Shown here one piece after another: positions 12,651-23,450 of a DNA stretch of 64,000 bases. The translations under genes and the position numbers were made by a program. Origin of the DNA: Squalus acanthias (taxonomy: Eukaryota); assembly GCA_030390025.1 (NCBI GenBank), contig CM059432.1, positions 108,192,001 to 108,256,000 on the forward strand. The letters are read 5' to 3'. Numbering within the stretch: the stretch's first letter is position 1; each line of letters begins with the position of its first letter. Below the pieces are notes generated by a model, which ran no database searches, was not told where the DNA came from, and worked only from the letters and a program-made list of their open reading frames with translations.

Positions 12651-13019
12651 AATGTAATATTATGATGTGGTTGGTTATGCAGGAATTCCTTTGTAGGCTG
12701 CATCATTAAAGCAAATCCTCAATTTCCAATATCTGAAGGAATCTTTTTAAGTAAATACAATGCTAATATATTTATGTCACACAACATAGATGCAGCATTG
12801 TGATGAGGATCTGCATGAGAAATAAACTCAAGACAGTGGTGAAGGAGCCTGGCTGAGAGTTATTGATGTTTTTATGTAAATAGGACAGCTCCATTCAACT
12901 GTCCTTTTAGATGGAGTGGCACAGATAGATTCCTTTTTATATATTATTATTTTTCTTTACTGTCTTTTTTGTCTCTCCCTCATCACACAATGCACCATAC
13001 TCACATTGACAGGACAAGA

Positions 13020-13300
13020 AGAAAGAACTTGCATTTATAAAGCGTCTTTCACAACCTCACAACATCGCAAAACGCTTCGCATCTGAGAGGTCATATTGGT
13101 CTTATCTTTTACATCCATGTGAGAGGGCAGTACTTGGTTTGACATTTCATCCTAAAGACGGCACCTTCAACAGTGCAACATTCCCTCAGCAGTGTACTGG
13201 AGTGTCAGTGTAGATTATGCGCTCAAGTCTATGTAGTGGGGCTTGAACCCATGACCTTATGGCTCAGAGGCGAGAGTGCTACCACTAAATCAAGGCTGAC
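13020..13300 (-). mobile_element. Deu-domain SINE with tRNA-like head, internally deleted
   Basis: Reverse complement of the same SINE head and core as 39230-39372 and 63440-63865. Confidence 0.7.
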
Positions 13301-13632
13301 AATGTTCTACCCTTTAGCCTCTGCTTTTGTCCATGCTACTCTTCATCTGGGCATTAGGCAGTGCTAAATATTAGTGTCAGCTCGCTGAGAGTCTAGTTAC
13401 AGAAACAATCTGCATCAAAGGGTGTCTTTACACTGTAGCTACCCATTTCATCCAGTAGCTGCAGTTTGGATTCCACCCAGGCAGTATTCTAATTATATAG
13501 CTTGGCTCTGACTTGGCTGCACCTCTAACCATCCGGCCCAAGGGAGAACAGCTCACAGGCCTGCATACACCAGGCAGAGAGCTCTCTCTCTCTGAGCAGC
13601 TAGAAGAACAGCTCACAGGCCTGTATACACCA

Positions 13633-13857
13633 AAATGAGAAGTCGCACAACACCAGGTTATAGTCCAACAGATTTATTTAAAATTACAAGCTTTCGGAGC
13701 TGTCGCCCCTTCGTCAGGCAAAGTTACAGTAACTTTGCCTGACGAAGGGGCGACAGCTCCAAAGTTTGTAATTTTAAATAAATCTGTTGGACTATAACCT
13801 GGTGTTGTGCGACTTCTCATTTTTGTCCACCCCAGTCCAACGCCGGCATCTCCACAT
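13633..13857. mobile_element. Fold-back (palindromic) Penelope-like pLTR insertion
   Basis: ~95-bp inverted arms (13632-13727 and 13729-13823) around a 1-nt loop, a 34-nt tail, and a 13-bp TSD CCTGTATACACCA (13620-13632, 13858-13870). Related to 14807-14900 and 15252-15382. Confidence 0.85.
13683..13721 (-). ncRNA. Minimal hammerhead ribozyme motif (Penelope type)
   Basis: Minus strand reads TTGC CTGACGA A GGGGC GACA GCTCC GAAAG CTT GTAA: CUGANGA and GAAA core boxes, stem II hairpin, palindromic AAGCUU stem III, stem I UUGC/GUAA. Confidence 0.7.
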
Positions 13858-14806
13858 CCTGTATACACCAGGCAGAGAGCTCTCTCTCTCTGAGCAGCTA
13901 GAAGAACAACTCACAGGCCTGCATACACCAGGCAGAGAGCTCTCTCTCTCTCTGAGCAATTAGAAGAACAACTCACAGGTCTGCATACACCAGGCAGAGA
14001 GCTCTCTCTCTCTGAGCAGCTAGAAGAACAACTCACAGGCCTGCATACACCAGGCAGAGAGCTCTCTCTCTCTCTCTCTCTCTCTGAGCAATTAGAAGAA
14101 CAACTCACAGGCCTGCATACACCAGGCAGAGAGCTCTCTCTCTCTCTCTGAGCAATTAGAAGTTTAAATGTTGAGAGAATGGGGAGAGGAGAATCCTCAT
14201 TGTCAAAATATTTAAATGAAGGTAGGGTAGGTTTTGAAAATAATAAATGCTCACAAGTCCAACAGACTTCCTGAGCACTTTGTAAACCAGGTTTGACAAT
14301 GTACAGGATTTACACTCCCTACGTTGTCAAACCCAAGGAGTAGGAGGCTACTCGCGCCAAGAAGTCTGACTACACTTTGCCTCTGGAGTCAGGTGGGAGA
14401 CTGACTCTGGATTTACACAGACACTAAACTTGAAGGGATTTCCACTTCTGACCGATGCTAAATTTACAATATAAATGGGCCCTCATGGCCCAGTGGAAAG
14501 TGTATGCCTGATTTCCCTCATGGTTTAGTGGGGGTGGGGGAGGGGATGTGAAGAGAGAGTTGCCTGCATGAATTCTTTAATTGACTCCTACAAAGGATGT
14601 GGATCCAAGTTCATTAATGAGCAGTACTGCACAGATGTGTCTGTGTTTGTGAAATGTTTACTTTAACTTAACTTAACTTAACTTAATTAACTTTATCACA
14701 CCTCGGCAGATAGTCAGGATGATTTAATTTATTGGTCTGCAATTGTAAAGTACACATGCTTTTTTTTCCATCTATATATGCTCTGACGATTCTGTATCCA
14801 ATTTAC

Positions 14807-14846
14807 TTCACCTGAGGAAGGAGCGATAGTTCCGAAAGCTTGTGAT
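14807..14846 (+). ncRNA. Minimal hammerhead ribozyme motif in a Penelope pLTR fragment (fragment extends to ~14900)
   Basis: TCAC CTGAGGA A GGAGC GATA GTTCC GAAAG CTT GTGA: both core boxes, stem I UCAC/GUGA, stem II GGAGC/GUUCC. Confidence 0.7.
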
Positions 14847-15251
14847 TTCAAATAAAACTGTTGGACTATAACCTGGTGTTGTGCGACCTCTCAATTTTGT
14901 GAAATGTATCAGCTCTTCACTGTCACAAATGGCCTGTTTTTTTTAACTTGAGTCTGACCTATTTCTTGGTCGGGGAGGGTAGTCCTTACTCTGAATCCAA
15001 TACCCAAATTCATCCTAACTTATTCTCAAGTTATCGTGTAAGTTAACATTGATGATTGATTCATCCCTTTAAGGCCCATTTGGAATATTAGGGTTTCTTT
15101 AATAGTGTCCCCCCACTGTAAAGTAGTGTTTTTAACCCTCACTGTACTGCATTCCTGTACTTCAATTAAGATTATGGGATAACAATTGGATATAGCCAAG
15201 AAAGTGGCAGTGTTAAGACTAAATGAGGTTAAGCTGCGCTACCTGAAAAGG

Positions 15252-15382
15252 AGAAGTCGCACAACACCAGGTTATAGTCCAACAGTTTTATTTGAAATCA
15301 CAAGCTTTCGGAGCTATCGATCTGTGTTGTGCGACTTCTCAATTTTGTCCACCCCAGTCCAACACCGGCATCTCCGCATCAC
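15252..15382. mobile_element. Centre-deleted fold-back Penelope pLTR relic, same family as 13633-13857
   Basis: agaagtcgcacaacac...ctttcggagc then gtgttgtgcgacttct, plus the same tgtccaccccagtccaac tail. Confidence 0.75.
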
Positions 15383-15555
15383 TACCTGAAAATGGTCCAG
15401 TTAAGATGCAAAATTCACCCTCACTCTTCATTAACATGATTTTAGTCATGATTTTAGTGCTAAAACTGCTGCTCATTGGCGTTACATTGAACAGGTGGAC
15501 CAATATCAGGGACGGTCTAATTCACAGTCATGATTGCCAAAGGCTTTTTCCACTA

Positions 15556-16070
15556 CTTATAGGGAAGGTGTGATTGCACTGGAGAGGGTACAGAGGAGAT
15601 TTACAAGGATGTTGCTGGGAGTAGAGAATCTTAGCTATGAGGAAAGACTGGATAGGCTGGGTTTGTTTTCCTTGGAACAGAGGAGGCTGAGGGGAGACCT
15701 TATTGAGGTGTATAAAATTATGAGGGGCCTAGATAAAGTGGATAGAAAGGACCTATTTCCCTTAGCAGAGGGGTCAAAAACCAGGGGGCACAGATTTAAA
15801 GTAATTGGTGGAAGGTTTAGAGGGGATTTGAGGGGAAATTTCTTCACCCAGAGGGTTGTGGGGGTCTGGAACTCACTGCCTGAAAGGGTGGTAGAGGCAG
15901 GAACCCTGACCACATTTAAAAAGTACTTGGATGTGCACTTGGGATGTTCTAACCTGCAGGGCTACGGACCAAGAGCTGGGAAGTGGGATTAGGCTGGATA
16001 GCTCTTTGTTGGCCGGTGCGGACACGATGGGCCAAAATGGCCTCCTTCCGTGCTGTAACTTTCTATGGTT
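15556..16070 (+). mobile_element. CR1 LINE 3' fragment
   Basis: ORF 15534..15992 (LERVQRRFTRM...LFSLEQRRLRGDLIEVYKI...TRGH...FFTQRVV...WNSLP) followed by a CR1 3' hairpin. Confidence 0.9.
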
Positions 16071-16074
16071 CGAT

Positions 16075-17158
16075 GAAGGTGCATTAAAGCTGCAGCTCGA
16101 GGTCATCCTGAAAGGCCATCTGCCTCACTGAAAGTCAGCAGCCTTCCACCAGCCATGCTGCAGCCACTGGGGGAGCACTTCATAGGAGCACTAGATTAGG
16201 AAAAGTTACACGAAAGACAGACACTAAGGGATTGCACCAGGGTGATTAGTTAATAGTATAATTGTAAATATGTGTCTAGTGATTATTGATATCTTTTGTG
16301 GTGTGTCTCATTTCAGCTTTATGCTCAGGAGAGCGATGTGATGTTCCGTGACACAGGGATGGTATGATGGGGATGTGGTGTGCCATGGTGACCTTGACTG
16401 CCACTGGGAGAGCCGTGTTCCCCCAGCTCTCAGGCTGCAGGTCTGGTTGCAGGAGGTGGCAGAGTTCTGTGACCACCTCCTCGCTGAAGTGTAGCCTCAT
16501 AAAACAATGCTGCTCGCTGAATTGAAGGTAGGAGATGTGCTGTCGGAAGACTCCAGGTGGGTAAGGTCTCCTGTTGATGCCCTCATGGCCCTCCTCCTCC
16601 TGCCTCTGCGCGCAGGTTCCCGTCTTCCTCGCTGCCTCCGCTCCCTCTGCCGTAGACCCTGGAGGGCGAGGTCGACTGCCAGTATGGACCCGTGACTGTG
16701 AGCAAGTGTTGTGAGCAGAAGTTTTAAAAAAATAATGAGGGTCTTGAAATAATACTCCCTGTTACCAAAAACCTTGAAATAACTAAAGAAAGCTGTTTCA
16801 GTTATAGGAAAGTAGCAAACAGCCACTGAAACTGCTGAACCATGTCAGGTGATGATGCCTTTAAATATCGCTGCTGCAGCAGCCTGCTTCCTGCTGGTAG
16901 ACGACAGCTCTCCCTGTCGTTGTTCTGCGCTGACGGTAAGTACAATGGCTAAATGCAATGTTGGAGATCGGGCGCCAAGTGAGTGTTACACAATCATTGA
17001 CGTCACGATTTCTTTCATTGAAATCTCCCTGGCATTAGTAACTCCAAAATGGCCCGCGCCGATGGATCTGCCACCAGCTGGCGGAAGAGCGCCGGCCACC
17101 GTCTTTTCGCCATTTCATGGCGGTAGCAGCCGGCGCTAAAGCCTCCAATTTCTCCCCC
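16075..17158. mobile_element. Right part of another Harbinger, with a transposase N-terminal relic on the minus strand
   Basis: Relic RLHFSEEVVTELCHLLQPDLQP...LPVAVKVT is homologous to the 3162-4322 transposase. Ends in TIR AATTTCTCCCCC. Confidence 0.8.
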
Positions 17159-17211
17159 TTAATTTCATTGTATTGGAATAGTTTGGCCTTAATATAAGAA
17201 ACACGGGGGAG

Positions 17212-20200
17212 GGGGGGAAATTGGTTTATGCCAAGAGAAGTGCTGGTGCCACCAGCAACTCGAGTTAACGGCCACTGAAAATGGCCGCAGCGCCACCGTT
17301 GAAAGATTTGTGCTGGGGGTAGGCGGTGTGGAGCGCAGCGCTAACTTACCCTGCAACGCCCTCCTGGTAGCATTAATGGAGACCCTCCAACCCGAAGTTC
17401 CCGTCCACAGTCAGCGTTGCAGCTTCTTACAGCCTATGGGAGTGAGGCTGTGGAGTTCCCAGGGCATTGTGGGCAATTAAAGGGGCTATGAATTAACGGG
17501 ACAATGCATTCAGAACTAAGTCATTAAAATGCAGTGAAAAAATGCAGCTTACAGCCCTTACTGCCTTTCAATAAATAATTTACCATTAAAAAGAAGTCCC
17601 AAATGGGATTCTTCAGCTCTTAAAGCTGAATTCCCTTCCAAACCTCAAAAAATTGGAAAAGTGCTTCAGCACTAACACAAATGGCTCAGCAAGCCAGGGA
17701 AGGGGCACCCAGAGTCCCGCACATCACACTCCAGCTTTGTGCAGAGGGTCAACACTGCAAGAGAGGTCCTCTACCCACAGGGGGCCAGGAGGCCCTCCAG
17801 AAAGAACGATGTGGGACCAGATCACCGAGGCCATCACTGCCAGCAGTGTCGCCCCACCACCTGGCTCCAGTGCCCAAAGAAGCTTCATGACCTCAAACCA
17901 GTGGTCAAGGTCAGTGAATGTATCTTCAAAAGCCATCTCCTATCAACTGCACCACTAGCCTCACACACTGCTCAATGCAAGACCACCCCCGCACCCATCA
18001 CTCACCTACCAGCAATCTGCACCAATCACGAGGCACACCTCCCATTCCTAGCCTCACCTCACCCCCTTGGAGGAGACGGTGCAGACCATTCTTGGCAGGG
18101 ACATGGCTGAGCCCTTGGCCAGCAGCAGGGCAGAAAGGATACAAGATGCTGGTATCCTCATACGTTATCCTCCTTATGGCATGCACCTCTTGCTTTCCTG
18201 CCCTCCCCTCACCACAACTCCACCCTTGTGCCTTCCTCATTTCACACACCTAAAGAGGGAGAGGAGAGAGAAGAAGAAGAAGATTGATTTGACACTCCCA
18301 ACCACCAGCTCCTCAAGGTCGACCAGCAAGGCCATTTGTAGTGTCCCCCTCTGCCTTCCACCAGCCATGCTGCAGCCACTGGAGTAGCACTGCATGACAT
18401 CAGTAGCATAGGCAAAGGCACACACAAGACAGTCACTAAGGGAATGCATAAGGGTGATGGATAGATGTATAAATTTGGATTGGAAAGTTTGATTTGTGGT
18501 GGCTTTTATTTCAGCATTGTGGCCAAGAGGATACTGTGATGGTCAGTAACAGAGGGAGGGTAAGGTGTGGGACAAATGTTGAAAGGGGAATTGGGGTTGT
18601 GGACACTGATACTGCAGGCGGATGATTCCATCCTGGATATCCCAGCCAGAAAGCGGCTGTCTGGGTTGCATCCTTCCTTCTGCTTCCTCCTTTTTGGCTT
18701 CTTTCTCTTCTGTGTCTTCCTCTTCCCTCTGCGAGCGAATGCTGTACATCTGAAATGACAGCATAAAATGCTGGAAATACTCAGTTGGTCAGGCAGCATC
18801 TCGACCTGAGACGTGAACTCTGTTTCTCTCTCCACGGATGTCGCCTGACCTGCTGAGTATTTGCAGCATTTGCTGTCTTCTCAGAGAGTGTGATAAAGGT
18901 GGATAGGCTGGAGGAGGTAGATGTTCTGAGGGAAGATGTTTTAGCAATTTTGAAGAACCTGAGGGTCGATAAGTCCCCTGGGCCAGATGGGATATATCCT
19001 AGGATTCTTTGGGAGGCAAGGGAGGAGATTGCAGAGCCTTTGGTTTTGATCTTTGGGTCCTCACTGTCCACGGGGATGGTACCAGAGGACTGGAGAGTGG
19101 CGAATGTTGTTCCTCTCTTCAAGAAAGGAAATAGGAATGACCCTGGTAATTATAGGCCGGTTAGTCTTACTTCGGTGGTTGGTAAGATAATGGAAAAGGT
19201 CCTGAGGGATAGGATTTATGACCATTTGGAAAGATGCAACTTAATCCGGGATAGTCAACACGGATTCGTGAAGGGTAAGTCTTGCCTAACAAATTTGATT
19301 GAATTCTTTGAGGAGGTAACTAAGTGTGTAGATGAAGGTAGAGCAGTTGATGTCGTATACATGGATTTTAGTAAGGCGTTTGATAAGGTTCCCCATGGTC
19401 GGCTCATGAAGAAAGTAAGGAGTTGTGGGATAGAGGGAAATTTGGCCGATTGGATAAGTAACTGGCTATCTCATAGAAGGCAGGGGGTGGTGGTGGATGG
19501 AAAATTTTCGGACTGGAGACCAGTTACCAGCGGTGTGCCACAGGGGTCGGGGCTGGGTCCTCTGCTGTATGTGATTTTTATCAATGACTTGGAGGAGGGG
19601 ACTGAAGGATGGATCAGTAAATTTGCTGATGACACCAAGATTGGTGGAGTAGTGGATGAGGTGGAGGGCTGTTGTAGGCTGCAAAGAGACATTGATAGGA
19701 TGCAGAGCTGGGCCGAAAAATGGCAGATGGAATTTAACCCTGATAAGTGCGAGGTGATTCATTTTGGTAGGGCAAATTTGAATAAGGATTACAGGGTCAA
19801 CGGCAGGGTTCTGAGGAACGTGGAGGAACAGAGGGATCTGGGGGTTCATATCCACAGATCTCTGAAGGTTGCCACTCAAGTGGATAGAGCAGTAAAGAAG
19901 GCCTATAGTGTGTTAGCATTTATTAACAAGGGGTTTGAGTTTAAGAACCGTGAGGTTATGCTGCAACTGTACAGGACCTTGGTGAGACCACATTTGGAAT
20001 ATTGTGTGCAGTTCTGGTCACCTCACTATAGGAAGGACGTGGAAGCATTGGAAAGAGTGCAAAAGAGATTTACCAGGATGCTGCCTGGTTTAGGGGGGAG
20101 GTCTTATGAGGAAAGATTGAGGGAGTTGGGGCTTTTCTCTTTAGAGCGGAGGAGGATGAGAGGCGACTTAATAGAGGTTTATAAGATGATGAGGGGGATA

Positions 20201-21003
20201 GATAGAGTGGATGTTCAGAGACTATTTCCTCGGGTGGATGTAGCTGTTACAAGGGGGCATAACTATAAGGTGCATGGGGGGAGATATAGAAGGGATGTCC
20301 GAGGTAGATTCTTTACTCAGAGAGTGGTTGGGGTGTGGAATGGACTGCCTGCTGTGATAGTGGAGTCGGACACTTTAGGAACTTTCAAGCGGTTATTGGA
20401 TAAGCACATGGAGCACACCAGAATGATAGGGAGTGGGATTGCTTGATCTTGGTTTCGGACAATGCTCGGCACAACATCGAGGGCCGAAGGGCCTGTACTG
20501 TGCTGTACTGTTCTATGTTCTATGTAGATATTCCTTTACCATCCGAGGCCTTGCAAGCATCCAACAGCACTCCCTGCACAATTAAAGAATTTTTAACATT
20601 TATTGCAGCAAGATCCTACTTCAATAAAATCAAAAAAACCCAGTCCAAAACTTTAAATTTAAACTTACCTGAACGATGTGTGGCTCCCTTTTAAGAGGTG
20701 CTGACATTTTCAGTCTGCTTGCATGCAAGGTTTAGCTGGCATGCTTAGGACCCAGCACTGAACTTAGCGCTAAGGTCGAAGTTTGCAGTGGTGATGTTGA
20801 GTCGGCGGCGTTGCACACCGACTGTCGTCACCACTCTGTCATTTTTTTTTTGCAGGGCGCTACCTAAGAACGCCAGCGCTACTGGGACATCCAAAATGGA
20901 GGATGCCACGGGACCTGCCACCAGCTGGTGGAAGAGCGGCAGCCGTCGCTTTCTTCACTTAACGCCGCGCTAATGTATGACACTCAGGTAGGGAATTTCT
21001 CCC
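17212..21003 (+). mobile_element. Non-autonomous Harbinger family C (Myb/SANT relic, embedded Penelope pLTR relic ~18750-18885), interrupted by CR1
   Basis: GGGGGGAAATT...AATTTCTCCC ends. Colinear with 58674-62311. Relic MAQQAREGAPR...MWDQITEAI...QCPKKLHDL. Confidence 0.8.
18888..20525 (+). mobile_element. 5'-truncated young CR1 LINE with an uninterrupted RT frame (18890..20446)
   Basis: KSPGPDG, NYRPVSLTS, QHGF, DFSKAFDKVPH, GVPQGS, KFADDTK motifs and a gttctat tail. Absent from the sister Harbinger copy at ~61855. Confidence 0.95.
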
Positions 21004-21107
21004 ACATGGGAACATGGGGACAGGAATAGACCATTCAGCCTCTCGAGCCTGTTCCAGCATTCATTTAGATCATGGCTAATTGTACCTCAACTCCATTTAC
21101 CCACCAT

Positions 21108-21410
21108 TTTAAAAATTCATTCTCTGGATGTGGGTGTTGATGGCAAGACCGGCATTTATTGCCCATCCCAAGGTGCCTTTGAGAAGCTGGTGGTGGGCCT
21201 TCTTGTTGAACCGCTGCAGCTCGTGTGGTGAAGGTGCTCCCACAGTGCTGTTAGGGAGGGAGTTCCGTGTTTTGACCCAGCGATAAACAAAGAAGGACGA
21301 CACATGTCCAAGTCAGGATGGTGTGTGACTTGGAGGGGAGCTTGAAGGTGATGGTGTTCCCATGCCCTTGCTGCCCTTGTCCTTTTGGGTGGTTGAGGTC
21401 ATGGGTTTGC
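21108..21410 (-). mobile_element. 3' end of the CR1-group LINE family also seen at 24290-25960 and 43015-44212
   Basis: Shares ...ccttgagaag...ttgaaccgctgcag...cacagtgctgttagg...agtcaggatggtgtgtgacttggaggg with those copies. Lies within an older CR1 3' relic (~21005-21585). Confidence 0.75.
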
Positions 21411-21585
21411 TCCATATCCCTTGTTACCCTTACTTAACAAAAAATTATCAATCTGAATCTTAAAAATTTCAATTGACCCAGCAGCTATAGCCTTTTGGAA
21501 GAGAGTTCCAGATTTCCAGTACCCTTTGTGTGAAAAAGTGCTTCCTGATTTGACTCCTGAATGGCCTAGCTCTAATTTTAAGATA

Positions 21586-23450
21586 AAAACAGGAAATGCT
21601 GGAAATACTCAGCAGGGAGAGAGAAACAGAGTTAATGGGCTGAATTTTGCCGGCGCTCAGAGGGCGGGTTCGGAGGCGGGTCAGCTGTCAAAATAGCAAA
21701 GATTGACAGCGGGTAGGGAACTCGCTGTCAACCCGCCTCCACATGAGTCTCCCAGGTGTCAGGTCTGTCGGCGCTGAACAGACCCGACACCAAGCGGCGG
21801 GGGAGGCAATTCACATCATTAAATGGGTTGTTAACATCCAATTAAGGGTTATTTTAAACCTACATTTCAATTTTACGTGCTCCCCCACAGTTTACCCGCT
21901 GCTCGGGGAACACGTCAGCTCAGCGTGTCATGTGTGGATTCAGCATTGAATTATCTCAGGACCTGACAGCTGCCAAAGTTGTATAAAAGATCCCATGTTA
22001 CAGCTGTTCACTTTCAAAGCTCAGAAACTGTTGGTTACTGCATTTGGAAGACATATTGAGCTTTCTGCAGCTTGCAAGTGTTTGAAGCCAACTCTCTATC
22101 TAGTGCCACCTCATAGGAACAACCTCTCTCACCATTGACAGATCGCTTCTTTCATCTCAACCTCACCTGCCATCTATTCCATCAGCATCGTTGCCCTTGA
22201 AAATATCTCACCTTGGTCCTCAGAATCCCACCATGATCAGCCCCAACACCAGCATCACCAGGCACACCAGCAGCAACAGCAACAACACCAGCCTTCTCCG
22301 CAATCAACTGATGCTGCACAGGACACAGGGCATCAGCACCTGACCACATTGCTGCCCGGGAGGCCAGGGATGGCCTCACCATAGCCAGATTTACTTCACT
22401 TGATACTGTTCACCCTGGATGCCACATGATGCGCCAGGTTGGCACCACCCCACACCAACACCATAAAGCATCCCTACAATGCCCAAGCCATTCCTTTCAC
22501 ACTCGTCACCATTGCGGGGTGGGGGGTGGGGGGTACCGTTAGGTCTCATCATTCACTGCAACTCACTAAGCCACTTTCAAAGGTGCACACAAATCTGTTC
22601 AAGAACGCAAAGTGCTGAAAATAAAGGTTTCAATGTTTGACAGCACATTACCAGAAACTTCACATGAACATTGGCTAAACCACCCAAGTGCCTACCCTTG
22701 TGTGTTGTTAGTTGGTATGCTTGCAGTAGGATGAGGATGAGTGTGAGGGTTGGCTAGTGAGATGGGGATGTGATAATGTAGATAGAGAGGGATGGGTGGA
22801 GGTGCAAGGTAAGTTGGTGTGAGTAAAGATGTGCAGGAGTAGGGTAGGGAGGCAGAGTGATGTGGATGTGATGAGTGGCACAGCAGGTTGAGGTTGAGTG
22901 TGGTTTGGCAGTAACGTTTAGTTTCGTTTCATGATCTACTGAAATCATTGAAAGGCTTGCGCCACTGCACCCAGGTCCTCCTGACGACATCCCTGCTTGT
23001 GCCCTCCTGTGCTATGTGCAACCAGGCTGCGTTGATCTCCTGGGGAGGTCTCTTCCTCCCTGCGTGCTGTGACTCCCTTCATAAGCATATGGAGGGAGTC
23101 ATGGGAGAGCCTGGGTGCAGCCGTGCACCTTTGTGCAGTGTTTGTCAGTGTTTGCAGCACCTCAATGCTGCAGAACACTGACAGCACAACTGTCAAAATC
23201 AATTTGGACATGGACCCTTTAAGGAAACCAGCTGATGATATGTCATCAAATGATGTCATCAGACCCGCTTCCTTCTAATTGGCTGGGAACCTCGCAGGGT
23301 GGGCTTAACAAGCCCAATCAGGGGAAAATCACTTGGAGAGTGCGGGCTGCAGTAGGCAGTGGGCTGGGACCGCGACACCGACCCCGGCCGCCCCGGTTGG
23401 CAAAATCGCGGCCAACGTTTCAGGTCGATGACCTTTTGCCAGAATTTTAA
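21586..23450 (-). mobile_element. Penelope pLTR fragment split by the Harbinger B insertion
   Basis: 21586-21636 (aaatgctggaaatactcagcag...gagagaaacagagttaa) joins 23414-23445 (aacgtttcaggtcgatgacctt). The contiguous form is at 59940-60030. Confidence 0.75.
21637..23413 (-). mobile_element. Non-autonomous Harbinger family B, inverted copy
   Basis: Reverse-complement homolog of 9378-11121. Ends GGGCTGAATTTTG and CAAAATCGCGGCC, TSD AAT/AAC. Confidence 0.85.

Larger units (their letters stand above)
13545..14161. repeat. Minisatellite, ~60-bp unit with variable (CT)n, about 6 units, interrupted by a Penelope-derived insert
   Basis: Repeated unit agaacaactcacaggcctgcatacaccaggcagagagc(tc)ntgagcagctaga. 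Confidence 0.95.

Noticed and set aside
13545..14161. CRISPR-like repeat array
   Set aside because: Units are contiguous with no unique spacers (only (CT)n length varies), there are no cas genes, and the context is vertebrate.
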